NCBI GenBank assembly: GCA_039208735.1
Contig: JBCCQY010000016.1
Coordinates: forward strand, 1-64,000
Length of the DNA stretch: 64,000 nt
Origin: Myxococcota bacterium
GTDB taxonomy: Bacteria; Myxococcota_A; UBA796; GCA-2862545
Reading direction: 5' to 3'
Every line of letters starts with the position of its first letter. Position 1 is the stretch's first letter. A program made the position numbers and the translations under genes. Below are positions 9,086 to 18,888 of the stretch, in pieces. The notes under the pieces are model-generated. The model had not been told where the DNA came from. It worked only from the letters and a program-made list of their open reading frames with translations, and did not search any database.

Positions 9086-10737
9086 TCGACGGGCGTCAGT
9101 ACCCGAATCGGCATGGCCGGAAAGCCGGATTTTGGGCGCATCGGAGCCTGCCGAGGCCGCGCGATCAAGGGCCCCGCGGTGTAGGAGCCCGCAAAGGGCT
9201 GGTCCACGAGCAGCGCATGATTGCCCCCCAACACGGCCGACCAATGGGCTTGGCGAATCGCCTCGTCCAGCCGCGCGAGGTCGCCGTAAAACGGCCCATG
9301 TGGGTGTTGGCAGTCCCAGGCGGCCATCGCGTGCAGCGAGGGAGGATGGCCCGCGTAGGTCGGAAGCCAAGCCGCAAACGGCGATAGCACGGGCCCCTCG
9401 ATGTCTTGAAGCGCTTCGACAAACGCCTCGCCGGTGGCCACGTCCTCGGTCGTGGGGGTCAGCGCCTGGGCGGGCAATCGCTGCACGGCGGTCGCCAAGG
9501 TCAGTGCCACCGCAAGGTCAAGCCCGGGTCGGAGGCTTCGGTAGGCATCCAGCTCGGCCAGGACGAGTCCAAAGAGCAACGACCACGCCCAGAACATGGG
9601 CATCTGCACGTTGGCGAAGCCGCCGTCATGCACCCGCATCAACGTCGAGCCAACGGAAAGGACCGCCACCACGCCGCTCGCAAGAACCACGTCCGGTGCT
9701 ACCGTCCCGCGGCCCCCCCACCGTCGCCCCACGGCGAGGAACACGAGCGCGAATGCCATGGCAACGAGGGCCGCCACCGTGACCCCTAGACCAAAGGGGG
9801 TGGTTCCGGCGTGCCCCGGGGCTCGCGTACTCGTGGCCCACCACCCGGCGAGGAGTCCGGCCCAGACGGGCACGCCGCCCACCACGATGCGAGGGAGCCG
9901 TCCTCGCTGCTGCACCGCGGTGACGAGTACGGCCCCCGCCACCACGACGAGCGGCGTGGCCAAGGCCTTAGAAAGCTCCCAGGGGGTCTCCTGCACCGCA
10001 CGGGACCACACCAGAGGGTGGGAGCGAGGAACGTCGAGCAAATACGTCAGGAAGCGCCCCTCGGTGCGCCATTCGAGCATGCCGCCCACGAGGCCCCCAA
10101 CCCCCAGGATCACGCCCGCAAATCGAAGCGCACTTCGAACGTCCCGCAGTCCAAAGGCGACGAACAGCGGCACGGCGACCAAGCCGAGGTTGTGCTTCAC
10201 CAAACTGGCGAGCACCACGAGCAAGCCGCAGGCGATGTCTGCGCCACGACGGGGACGCAAGGCAAGGGTCACCGCCCAGGCCAACGCCCCGACCCCGACC
10301 GCGTCGGGTCGCACAAGATCGAAGAAGGCTCCCGTCTGCGGATAGGTGCCCAGCCACGTCGCTGCCGCCCCCCAGGCCAGCACAGGCCGGCCCCCTCGCG
10401 CCGAAACCGCGAAGCCAATGGCGCCCGCCGACGCCAGGGTGCCCAGGATCGAAAGCCCTCGTCCCACCGCAGGGGCCAGCCCCACGAAGGTGCCTACGAA
10501 CGCGACCAGCGCGGAATAGCCCGGCGGGTAGAGGAAAGGAAAAAACTCCGCGTTGGGCGGCAGATACAGGGGTTCACCGCGCTGCAGACGCCATGCGTGC
10601 GCCAGCATGCCGCCCTCCATCCATTCCAGGTCGAAGGGATAGGCAATGCGCGCCCCCCACACGCTGAGGAGCGAGGCCAACAGTACCCCTCCGGCGATCC
10701 AAGCCAGAGCTGTGGTGACGCGACTCAGCCCCGTCAA
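9082..10737 (-). CDS. GT-C fold (ArnT/PMT-like) membrane glycosyltransferase
   Basis: YPFDLEWMEG...LYPPGY luminal loop, DLVRPD motif and more than 10 TM helices. Confidence 0.7.
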   Translation of the reverse strand: MTGLSRVTTALAWIAGGVLLASLLSVWGARIAYPFDLEWMEGGMLAHAWRLQRGEPLYLPPNAEFFPFLYPPGYSALVAFVGTFVGLAPAVGRGLSILGTLASAGAIGFAVSARGGRPVLAWGAAATWLGTYPQTGAFFDLVRPDAVGVGALAWAVTLALRPRRGADIACGLLVVLASLVKHNLGLVAVPLFVAFGLRDVRSALRFAGVILGVGGLVGGMLEWRTEGRFLTYLLDVPRSHPLVWSRAVQETPWELSKALATPLVVVAGAVLVTAVQQRGRLPRIVVGGVPVWAGLLAGWWATSTRAPGHAGTTPFGLGVTVAALVAMAFALVFLAVGRRWGGRGTVAPDVVLASGVVAVLSVGSTLMRVHDGGFANVQMPMFWAWSLLFGLVLAELDAYRSLRPGLDLAVALTLATAVQRLPAQALTPTTEDVATGEAFVEALQDIEGPVLSPFAAWLPTYAGHPPSLHAMAAWDCQHPHGPFYGDLARLDEAIRQAHWSAVLGGNHALLVDQPFAGSYTAGPLIARPRQAPMRPKSGFPAMPIRVLTPVD

Positions 10738-11405
10738 CGCGCGCCGTCAGCAGCCTGGCCCCAGTCTTCGATCGGCCAGCCTCGTTGCTGTGCGTGCCAT
10801 CGCAGCCGTCGATCGGGGTTCACCACCACGGGGTGCGCGACCCGCTCGAGGAGGGCTACATCCGTCATCGAGTCGCTGTAGAACGTGGCCTGTGACAGGT
10901 CGTGCCCGTTTGCTTCGGCCCACGCTTCGCACCGGTGCAGCTTGGCATCGCCCACCGCAAGCGCGGCAATACGACCCGTGAACCGCCCATCCAGAATCTC
11001 GAGCTCGGTGCATACAAAGGTTTGCAGACCGAACGCTTCAACCGCGGAACGCGCCGCGAACTGTGTGCCCGACGTCGCCAAGACCAGCTTGTCGCCCTGG
11101 CTGCGATGGTGCTCGAGCGCCTTTTCGCCGCCGGGCCGCAGCCGATGGCGCAGGTCACGGTCCAAGAAATTCTGCACCCGGTCCGCAATCTCGCCTTCGG
11201 GGACCCCTTCGAGGCCCGCGGCGGCCGCTTCGAAGACGCGCTCGAGCCCCGATTCCCAACCGAGGCTGTAGCGGGCGAGCCACCACGATGCCCAAATGAC
11301 GTCCAACGCGGACAATCGACCGGCGCGCCACTCCGACGACACCCACAGGCGTCCGGAATTCACGTCGATCAGCGTGCGATCGAGGTCGAAGAGTGCAAGG
11401 CCCAT
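10734..11405 (-). CDS. HAD-IB family hydrolase (SerB-like)
   Basis: Motifs FDLDRTL, LATSG, GDAK, FYSDSMTD and VVNPD. Confidence 0.9.
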   Translation of the reverse strand: MGLALFDLDRTLIDVNSGRLWVSSEWRAGRLSALDVIWASWWLARYSLGWESGLERVFEAAAAGLEGVPEGEIADRVQNFLDRDLRHRLRPGGEKALEHHRSQGDKLVLATSGTQFAARSAVEAFGLQTFVCTELEILDGRFTGRIAALAVGDAKLHRCEAWAEANGHDLSQATFYSDSMTDVALLERVAHPVVVNPDRRLRWHAQQRGWPIEDWGQAADGAR

Positions 11406-11410
11406 GTCGA

Positions 11411-12244
11411 TCAGTCGCCCTGGCGCAAGGTGTCGACCCGAGGCGCTCGGGTCGGGCTCGGCCGATCGTCCTCGGACAAAAGCCGGTCGAGCAGCGTGGT
11501 GATTCCCGATAGGCGCTGGTCGACGAGCGTGAACTGGCGGCCGTCTTCGGTGTGGAGCCGGAGCGCTTCACCCAATCCACGTTCGCGGGTGTAGGTCACG
11601 AGATCACCCCACCGCAAAAACGCAGGGCCCTCCTGGAATCGTGCCACGACGCCTTCGGAGCACAACGCCATCACCTCGACCTTCTCGAGGCCCACCCGAG
11701 CGACCACTTCGGCCCCAGCCGGCACCGCGGCTCGGAGGTCTTCGGACACCAACGCGCCGGAAGCCAGCTGGACGGCATCCCAATGGACGTCCATCAGTGT
11801 GCGCAAAATGCGGTCGGCCGTGAACCGACGCCCATCGTCGGGCGACATCTCGAGCAGCACCCGTTCGACCGCCCCATCGGGCAGCACCAAGGCCCGGGCA
11901 AGCGTCTCGAGATCGCGACGTTCTTCAGCGGCGAGTTCGCCGTCCTTCCACGCCATGCGAGCCGCAAAGCGCAAGGCTTTCCACTGATCGTCGGGATCGG
12001 TGATGGCGCGCGTCAGCTCTGGCACATTGAGCGGGCGTGCCGCCTGTTGGGCCCACTGCTGAACGGCGGTGGCATCCGGCAAGTCAGGGCGCAGCTTGGC
12101 GAGAAACGCAAGCTCGTCCGGATGGACGGTCCCATCGGAAAAGGCCATCGACACGAGCAGCGTGAGCAATGCCTCGTCGCTGGGTTTACGCGGGTCGAGG
12201 GCCGAACCCGCCATGAGTTCGAGGTTGTCGTGAACCCGTGGCAT
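11411..12244 (-). CDS. TerB-like domain protein with C-terminal extension
   Basis: Paired TerB motifs MAFSDGTVHPDE and MAWKDGELAAEE. Confidence 0.75.
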   Translation of the reverse strand: MPRVHDNLELMAGSALDPRKPSDEALLTLLVSMAFSDGTVHPDELAFLAKLRPDLPDATAVQQWAQQAARPLNVPELTRAITDPDDQWKALRFAARMAWKDGELAAEERRDLETLARALVLPDGAVERVLLEMSPDDGRRFTADRILRTLMDVHWDAVQLASGALVSEDLRAAVPAGAEVVARVGLEKVEVMALCSEGVVARFQEGPAFLRWGDLVTYTRERGLGEALRLHTEDGRQFTLVDQRLSGITTLLDRLLSEDDRPSPTRAPRVDTLRQGD

Positions 12245-12268
12245 GGGGACTCCTTTGGCCTGTGGAGT

Positions 12269-12853
12269 ATGACGCACCGTATGACCCGTCGATCGCCGCC
12301 CGGCCCCACTGACCTGCAAGTGTCTGCCTCTCCCCGTGAGATCCGCCGTCGCCTCCTCGCGCGCCTGCTACCTGTTCGGTCGTTGTGGTTTGCGACATCG
12401 ACCGACCAGAAGGCGTGGAGCCAGGCTGGCGTGCCGCTTTATGTCCTTCGGCATCGGCACGATCCGCGCGGCGATGCGGAACCCGGTGAGCCGGTTCACA
12501 TCATCGAGACCGGACCTCGCTTGGCGAACCTCTGGGCGAGCTGCTTTGCGCCGGCGCTCGAAGGCACCATGACGCCCACAGGCGAATCGGAGACCCAGAT
12601 CACGTGGCGCATCCGATGGCCCCAACCCACACGAGTCCTCGTGCTGGCGTGGTGGCTGGTCCTTGCCCTATGGGCGGCGGCGATCGTGACGGGACGCACC
12701 GAAGGGGAGCCTGCGGTCTTTTGGATCTTCCTCGCCGTGATGTCGACGATCGGGCCCTTGGTGGGATGGCAATTCGGTGGGCAAGCGCTGATCGCCGCCT
12801 GGCCCACGTTGAAGGAAGCCATCGAGCAGCCCGACGTGGGGGAAGACTGGTGA
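12269..12853 (+). CDS. Hypothetical membrane protein (2 C-terminal TM helices)
   Basis: 3' part of ORF 11552..12853, which abuts the CHAD gene. The start is uncertain (12269 or 12281). Confidence 0.6.
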   Translation: MTHRMTRRSPPGPTDLQVSASPREIRRRLLARLLPVRSLWFATSTDQKAWSQAGVPLYVLRHRHDPRGDAEPGEPVHIIETGPRLANLWASCFAPALEGTMTPTGESETQITWRIRWPQPTRVLVLAWWLVLALWAAAIVTGRTEGEPAVFWIFLAVMSTIGPLVGWQFGGQALIAAWPTLKEAIEQPDVGEDW

Positions 12854-12856
12854 TGG

Positions 12857-13693
12857 GTGACGAGTGCGCCTCAAAAACGCTACAGAAGCGTGACACGCCA
12901 GGAGGCTTCTACGTTCGCCCTCGATCTCTCACGTCCCTTCGCCGACGAGCTTCGTCGGGTGCTGTTGGACCAGGCCGACAAAGCACGGGTTCCCCTTGCG
13001 GCCGAGGGTCCGACCGAGCCGGTGGTTCATGCCGCGCGCAAGGCGAGCAAGCGGGCTCGTGCCGTTGCCTACCTGCTCCGTCCCACCATCGGGGGCACCG
13101 CCTGGCGCGTCGTCGACGTAGCGTTTCGGGATGCCGCGCGACTCTTGGGGCCGCTCCGCGACGCTGACGTGGCGCGGCACACCTTGGGTCCCGACGCCCC
13201 TCCTCGCCCCGATCTGCCCGACATCGAAGCCCGCGCCATTGGGGCCTACCAAGCGGCCTATGACGCGGCAATGGCGCTCGACCTCCAGAACGTTGGGCAG
13301 GACGCCCTGGTGGCGGGCCTCGCGGCCTCGTGGCGCAATGCCCGGCAAGCGAGTCGGGTCCTCGACCCCACCGACCCCGAGACCTTTCACGACTGGCGCA
13401 AGGTCGTGAAGCGCCTGTTCTACCAGGTTCAGCTCATATCGAGCCTCGATGAGCCCGTGCTGGGCAGCCTCGTGAAGCAGCTCGATGTACTCCAGGAAGC
13501 GCTTGGCGATCATCACGACACGCTCGTGGCCGCAGAACTGACGGCCCCCACCGAGGCGCTGCTCACCCGGCGCCGCGAACTGGAAGGGCAAACCGTTCCG
13601 CTGGGACGCTGGCTCTTTGGCGCAGGTCCCCGTCGATTTGCGCGCCTGCTCACACAGACGTTGGCCGAGCCCTCAGTCGCGCAGGGCGTTTGA
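12857..13693 (+). CDS. Stand-alone CHAD domain protein (polyphosphate-binding family)
   Basis: Motifs VHAARKASKRARA, LGPLRDADV, FHDWRKVVKRLFY and LQEALGDHHD. Confidence 0.88.
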   Translation: MTSAPQKRYRSVTRQEASTFALDLSRPFADELRRVLLDQADKARVPLAAEGPTEPVVHAARKASKRARAVAYLLRPTIGGTAWRVVDVAFRDAARLLGPLRDADVARHTLGPDAPPRPDLPDIEARAIGAYQAAYDAAMALDLQNVGQDALVAGLAASWRNARQASRVLDPTDPETFHDWRKVVKRLFYQVQLISSLDEPVLGSLVKQLDVLQEALGDHHDTLVAAELTAPTEALLTRRRELEGQTVPLGRWLFGAGPRRFARLLTQTLAEPSVAQGV

Positions 13694-14839
13694 AGCCGAG
13701 AGGACCTCGACGATGTCGGGTACTCTGTTCTGTTGGGCCCAGTCGAGGAGCACCTGCGTCCGTTCCGCCGAACCATCGAGAAGGGTCTCGAGATGCCGCG
13801 GCACGGCGTCCATCGCGCGAAGGATGCGCGCGACGAGCGGTTCCACCTCAGGGTTGTTGAGTTCCGATTTGATGCGACCCTCGTACGTGGCGGTGGGCAG
13901 CAACATGCCGACCAACACGTCGGTGCTACGGCCGCTCGTTCGCTCCTTGTGGAGCCACGCATTGAGGGGCCGAAACGGTGAACCCTTTTCGATCACCCCG
14001 TGGTTGACCCAAACCGACAGTGAGTCGAAGGCGAAGTTCGGTTCATGGGGCATCGACTGAAGGGTTGCCACCTGCAGGTCGACGCCGTCGATGCGCACCC
14101 AAACCCGCCGACTTCGAAGCACCATGGCGTGGTCCGCCCGGCCGGCTCTTCCGTAGCCAACAAGTCCCTCGGGCTCCGAACAATCTTCTCCATCCAGATG
14201 CACCGCGAGCCGCGGATTCAAGGCTGCAATCGTCCGCAGATGCTGCGTGAAGGCCGCCGTGGGGAACGTGCCCTCGAAAATCTCCGGATCCAATACGAAT
14301 CGAAGACGCGTTCCCGACCGCGTCGTACGGCCCATCTCAATGGGTTCTCCCATCGGCTCTCCACGATGAAAGGTCTGTTCGAAGCATCGCCCTGCTTGCT
14401 CGACGCGAACGGCGAACCGCAGACACACCGCATTGAGCGCGGCAATCCCGACCCCAAAAGGCCCACTGTGCACGTGGTACGGCTCATCGTGGCGACATCG
14501 CGAAAAGTGCAGCGTCCCAAACACAGCCTCCCAGATCCGAGGCTCGGCAGCATTCGGGATCCCTCCTCCATCATCTGCGATGGTGAACCACCCATTGTCG
14601 TCGCGAGAGACCATCAGGGTGGTCGCAAAGCCTGCCAAATGCTCATCCACCACGTTGTCGATGGCTTCGAGCACCGCCTGAAGCTGCCCCTTGGGACCCG
14701 TCGACCCAAAGTACATCCCGGGGCGCCGCCGCACCGCCTCGAGGCATTCAAGAACCTCGATCGAATCTTCTGTATACGCTTGCGCACTCGTCCTGTCCGG
14801 CGGAGGTTGACCGCCGGCCGATTCGTCGATGTTCGACAT
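13673..14839 (-). CDS. GyrB/ParE N-terminal ATPase plus transducer-only protein (no TOPRIM)
   Basis: Motifs YTEDSIEVLECLEAVRRRPGMYFGST, EAIDNVVDE, DDGGGIP, GVGIAALNA, SGTRLRF..D.EIF and YEGRIKSEL. The protein ends at 388 aa. Confidence 0.85.
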   Translation of the reverse strand: MSNIDESAGGQPPPDRTSAQAYTEDSIEVLECLEAVRRRPGMYFGSTGPKGQLQAVLEAIDNVVDEHLAGFATTLMVSRDDNGWFTIADDGGGIPNAAEPRIWEAVFGTLHFSRCRHDEPYHVHSGPFGVGIAALNAVCLRFAVRVEQAGRCFEQTFHRGEPMGEPIEMGRTTRSGTRLRFVLDPEIFEGTFPTAAFTQHLRTIAALNPRLAVHLDGEDCSEPEGLVGYGRAGRADHAMVLRSRRVWVRIDGVDLQVATLQSMPHEPNFAFDSLSVWVNHGVIEKGSPFRPLNAWLHKERTSGRSTDVLVGMLLPTATYEGRIKSELNNPEVEPLVARILRAMDAVPRHLETLLDGSAERTQVLLDWAQQNRVPDIVEVLSASNALRD

Positions 14840-14950
14840 CTCGACTCCGTTCTGGATTTGTTTCGCGCGCGCTTCTTCCACTATCCCATGGCAGAAGCCC
14901 GTCAATCGAAATAAACCCAGGCCAAACGCCCACTTTGGCCGCCCAAAATG

Positions 14951-15418
14951 TCAGGGAAGGAGCGGCAGAGTCCGCTGGTGTTCGCCTGGCGAAACCGATG
15001 CCTCAGGATCCCGCTCGAACCCCCAACGCGCGTACAGTCGGATGGCGGGCGCGTTGGTGTCCCCGACTTCCAAGGTGAGCCGGGCAAAGCCTTCCGTCCG
15101 TGCCCAAGTGATCAGGGCTTCGACGAGGGCGTCCCCCGCCCCTTGACCGCGCACCGAAGGGTCGACCCACATCGACAGCAACATGGCGTCGGTGGCCTCC
15201 TGAGGGTCGGCAAGGCCGCGAGCGGTCCCGACGTCCTCACCCTCATGGACGGCCACAAAAACGGCGAAATCGCGTGCGTGCGCCTGCCACGTGGCATCGG
15301 GGCGGGCCGCGGTCTCGGCGTAGGTCGAGCCAAAGGCCTCTGGCGCATCCAACAGCGATCGCAACCGAATCGCCTTGAACCGCCTCCACTCCGAGGCGGC
15401 CAACCGGACGGCGTTCAT
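14951..15418 (-). CDS. GNAT family N-acetyltransferase
   Basis: Motifs SMWVDPSVRGQGAG and NAPAIRLYARWGF. Confidence 0.92.
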   Translation of the reverse strand: MNAVRLAASEWRRFKAIRLRSLLDAPEAFGSTYAETAARPDATWQAHARDFAVFVAVHEGEDVGTARGLADPQEATDAMLLSMWVDPSVRGQGAGDALVEALITWARTEGFARLTLEVGDTNAPAIRLYARWGFERDPEASVSPGEHQRTLPLLP

Positions 15419-15870
15419 TAGCTCTTGGGAGCTTCTTCGGTGATGTCTTCGTCGAGCACGTCTTGCGCCCGCTGCCCGCCGCCCAGCGCCTGTAACTCGT
15501 CGTCGTAGTCGTCACTCACCTTGGCCACGTACCGCAGCGTCCGCTCGAACTCGTTGAAGTCGAGGTGGTTGCCGAGCAGGGTCGCCGAAAACGACAAGGT
15601 GTTGTCTTCGAAGAGCAGAAAGGCTCCGAACAACACCTGCGTATTGAGACGAAGGATGCGTTCGAGCAGCTCGAGGGAGGGGTCAAAATCCTTCAACATG
15701 ATCGAGGCGAAGCGGACATAGGTGTCCTCTTCCTCTTCGAACAGCGAAATCATGACCACCGTGGAGCCATACTTGAACAGGTACAGTCCGTCATCGGACT
15801 GTTCAGGCGCGAGCTGCATCTCGCCGAGGTAGGTATTGACGCGTTCTTCCAGCAACTGCAGCCGGTTCAT
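15418..15870 (-). CDS. YbjN / CesT-like chaperone-fold protein
   Basis: Small acidic protein with YGSTVVMI, LLERILRLN...FGAF and DDYDDEL patterns. Confidence 0.75.
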   Translation of the reverse strand: MNRLQLLEERVNTYLGEMQLAPEQSDDGLYLFKYGSTVVMISLFEEEEDTYVRFASIMLKDFDPSLELLERILRLNTQVLFGAFLLFEDNTLSFSATLLGNHLDFNEFERTLRYVAKVSDDYDDELQALGGGQRAQDVLDEDITEEAPKS

Positions 15871-15987
15871 GGATGAGGCCCCTGCCTTGGGTGGTCCTAG
15901 GGTGAGGGTTTACGGTACCGCGGTCTCTTGAAACGACGCCACCCTCTTCGCCGCGGACTCGATACGAAGTTGTTGGGAGCGTGAGCC

Positions 15988-16506
15988 ATGTCGACCCCGA
16001 CCGAGGGGACGATCGCCCTGACGGGCTTCATGGGCGCGGGCAAGACGACGGTGGGCGCATGCTTGGCCGATCGGCTCGGCCGGCCCTTCGTCGACCTCGA
16101 CCGTGTGATCGAGGCCACCCATGGGCCGATTCCCGCCCTCTTCGCCGATCGCGGTGAAGCCGCCTTTCGCGCTCTCGAGGCGGAAGCCCTCGCGGAGCAG
16201 CTCGACGGACCCCCCCGGATCCTCGCCACAGGCGGTGGCACGTTGATCGATCCGGCCAACCAGGTGCGGCTCGCCACCACCTACCGGGTGTGGCTCCGCG
16301 TGGCGTGGGACACGGTGGAGGCTCGCATCGACTCCACACGCCCCGACCGGCCGCTCTGGGACGCGAGTGCCCGCGCGCGATTTGCCGCACGCCAGCCACT
16401 CTACGCCGACAACGCAGATCAGATCGTGGACGTGGATGGACGAACCCCCGACGCCGTCGTAGACGCCATCATCGCCGAGTTCAAGCCCCTTCGGAGACCC
16501 GAATGA
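15988..16506 (+). CDS. aroK: Shikimate kinase
   Basis: Motifs GFMGAGKTT, DLD, GEAAFRALE, ATGGG and RPL. Confidence 0.95.
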   Translation: MSTPTEGTIALTGFMGAGKTTVGACLADRLGRPFVDLDRVIEATHGPIPALFADRGEAAFRALEAEALAEQLDGPPRILATGGGTLIDPANQVRLATTYRVWLRVAWDTVEARIDSTRPDRPLWDASARARFAARQPLYADNADQIVDVDGRTPDAVVDAIIAEFKPLRRPE

Positions 16507-17558
16507 CGGCCCGCGTCACGAACATCCCCCACGCCCAACACGCCTGCCGCGTGGTGATCGACGAGGACTTCGCTGGCCTGGCGGACGCCTTGCCCCAAGC
16601 CCTGCCGCATCCGGTCCGACGGGCCGTGGTGGTAACCGACGACAACGTCGCCCCGGCCTGGATCGATCCCCTCAAGCAAGCGCTCGACCCTCTGCCCCTC
16701 GAAGTGGTGGTACGACCTGCGGGGGAGGTCCACAAGACCGTCGACGCCTGGCGCGACCTCGTGGACTGCTTGCTCGACTTCGGTGTGGATCGCCAGACCC
16801 CTGTGATCGGACTCGGCGGCGGCGTCACCACCGACCTCGCAGGCTTCGCCGCGGCCACCGCCCTGCGTGGCGTGCCCCTCGTGCACGTGCCGACGAGCCT
16901 CCTCGGCATGGTCGATGCGTCGATCGGAGGGAAGACGGGGGTCAATCATCCGCGAGGCAAGAACCTGATCGGCGCCTTCTACGCCCCCCGCCTGGTCTGG
17001 ATCGCGTCGACCACCCTGTCGACGCTGCCGGACGTCGAAGTCCGCGCGGGACTCGGGGAAGTGGTGAAGACGGCCGCCGTGGGCGACCCGGAGCTCCTCG
17101 AAGCCCTGACCACCGGTCCGTTGGATTGGCCGACGATCATCGAGCGCTGCGTGCAGGTGAAGGGTCGCATCGTCACCGAAGACGAACACGAGGCGGGGAC
17201 CCGCATGCTGCTCAATGCGGGCCACACCATTGGGCATGCCCTGGAGACCGCACTCGGCCACGGCACCTTGGCCCACGGCCTCGCGGTCGGACTCGGCTTG
17301 ATCGCCGAAGCCCAGTTCGCGGTGCGCGAAGGCTGGTGTGACGATCCCACCCTTCCGGACCAGTTGCAGTCGACGCTTGCCCACCTTGGATTGCCCATCG
17401 TACGGCCCGCGATGAATTTTGACGTCTTCAAAGCCGCGCTGCGGGCAGATAAGAAGAGGGCAGGGGCATCGTTACGGGTCCCCCTCCCAACGCGAGCTGG
17501 GCTATACCGCGTCCGCTCGTTGAATCCCGATCAAGTCGAACGTTTGGTTCACGCATGA
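16503..17558 (+). CDS. aroB: 3-dehydroquinate synthase
   Basis: Motifs GGGVTTDLAGF, PTSLLGMVDASIGGKTGVN, KNLIGAF and LNAGHTIGHALE. Confidence 0.95.
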   Translation: MTARVTNIPHAQHACRVVIDEDFAGLADALPQALPHPVRRAVVVTDDNVAPAWIDPLKQALDPLPLEVVVRPAGEVHKTVDAWRDLVDCLLDFGVDRQTPVIGLGGGVTTDLAGFAAATALRGVPLVHVPTSLLGMVDASIGGKTGVNHPRGKNLIGAFYAPRLVWIASTTLSTLPDVEVRAGLGEVVKTAAVGDPELLEALTTGPLDWPTIIERCVQVKGRIVTEDEHEAGTRMLLNAGHTIGHALETALGHGTLAHGLAVGLGLIAEAQFAVREGWCDDPTLPDQLQSTLAHLGLPIVRPAMNFDVFKAALRADKKRAGASLRVPLPTRAGLYRVRSLNPDQVERLVHA

Positions 17559-18070
17559 CGAAGTCTGTCTCCCCGCTCGGATTGCTCGGAATGGCCGCCC
17601 TCGCTGCAGGCTGCGGTACGTCGTCGGCCGAGTTGATCGTGTCGTATGACTCCCCTCCCGCGTGGCCTGAGGCCTACGAAGCGCCTGGCGATGGTCTCGG
17701 TGCGCTCGTGCCGGTCGACGTGATGGCCTACGACTCCGAAACCGGAGAGCCCCTGCCCAACGTCAAAGTGACGGTCTGGGTCGAGGACGACACGCTGTGG
17801 CCCGTACCCAGTGAGGCACTGGTGATCGTCGACCCCGACGAATGCCCCGATTGTGAACCGTGGTGGGACGCTCAGCGCGACGAGTTCATCGAAGAGCTGC
17901 CCTACCGTGCGTCACTGTCCCGCTACACCGACGAAGACGGGTTGGTGAGTCTCTACGTGTTTGTCGACGCGTTCCCTGGTCCTGATGCTGACTACGGTAA
18001 CTTCGAAGACCTTGCAGTTTCCGTGTCCATGGGTACGGTTGAAGAGACCTTCGTTCTCACGCCACGCTGA
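17555..18070 (+). CDS. Hypothetical acidic lipoprotein
   Basis: Lipobox LAAGC, a CPDC motif and beta-rich sequence. ATGA overlap with aroB. Confidence 0.7.
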   Translation: MTKSVSPLGLLGMAALAAGCGTSSAELIVSYDSPPAWPEAYEAPGDGLGALVPVDVMAYDSETGEPLPNVKVTVWVEDDTLWPVPSEALVIVDPDECPDCEPWWDAQRDEFIEELPYRASLSRYTDEDGLVSLYVFVDAFPGPDADYGNFEDLAVSVSMGTVEETFVLTPR

Positions 18071-18093
18071 CGGCGAGGCGGAACGCGCTTGCG

Positions 18094-18888
18094 GTGACCG
18101 CCTTGCCATTGACCGATGACGAACTTGAACATCTTCTCGTGTCCGTCCGACGGTCCCCGCGATCCGATACGGTGCGCGCGGTCGGTCGGGGCCTGCTAAG
18201 GCGCCGTCGTTACGCCGAAGCAGCCATGGTGCTGACCGATGCGGTATGCACGTTCGACGAGCCGCCGATTTGGTCGCTGCTCGCACACGCGTGTTTGGGC
18301 GCCTCGCGCAACCAGCAGGCGCTGACGGCCCTGCAGAACGTCGACTGCACCCCATCGACCCACGTGGAGAACGCTCGGCTGCGGATGCTGGCCCTCGAAC
18401 GCCTACGCCGCACGAATGACGCGATCGGCTTGGCGCGCCAAGTGTTGGAGCACCACCCTCACGACCGCTTTGCAACCGAGGCGTTGGGCCGCCTCACCGA
18501 TCCCGCCAACCTCCCCCATCGCTCGGCCGTCGACCCGTTCTACACGGTGGCACGGGCCGAGCAGTACGTCGAGATCGGCCGAGTGGATCGAGCGCTGCGC
18601 ATTTACCGTCGCATCTTGCTCAACCATCCTGGTGATGCCGCCCTCGCCGCGCGAATCGACGTGCTGATGGCCCAGCGGTCGGCCGAAGAGCCCGACCTGG
18701 CCGAGACGTTGCCCCCTCCGGCAGCCGCGCTTTCCGAGGGCTTGCCCACGCCGGGAGGCCCCTCGCTGTTTGCCGACGACGAGGTCATCGATGACTCCGA
18801 GGACGCGCCCACGGTCCAGATGCTAGGCTCCGACGAGCCGGGTCTCGAGACCTTCCGGCGTTTCCCCTCGGTGCGTGGCGATGCGTGA
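18094..18888 (+). CDS. Tetratricopeptide-repeat protein with acidic tail
   Basis: TPR-like helices, TVARAEQYVEIG..DRALRIYRRIL..HPGD and a low-complexity acidic C-terminus. Confidence 0.75.
   Translation: MTALPLTDDELEHLLVSVRRSPRSDTVRAVGRGLLRRRRYAEAAMVLTDAVCTFDEPPIWSLLAHACLGASRNQQALTALQNVDCTPSTHVENARLRMLALERLRRTNDAIGLARQVLEHHPHDRFATEALGRLTDPANLPHRSAVDPFYTVARAEQYVEIGRVDRALRIYRRILLNHPGDAALAARIDVLMAQRSAEEPDLAETLPPPAAALSEGLPTPGGPSLFADDEVIDDSEDAPTVQMLGSDEPGLETFRRFPSVRGDA

Noticed and set aside
13673..14839. Functional gyrB/parE
   Set aside because: It lacks TOPRIM and C-terminal domains, and no frameshifted continuation follows.
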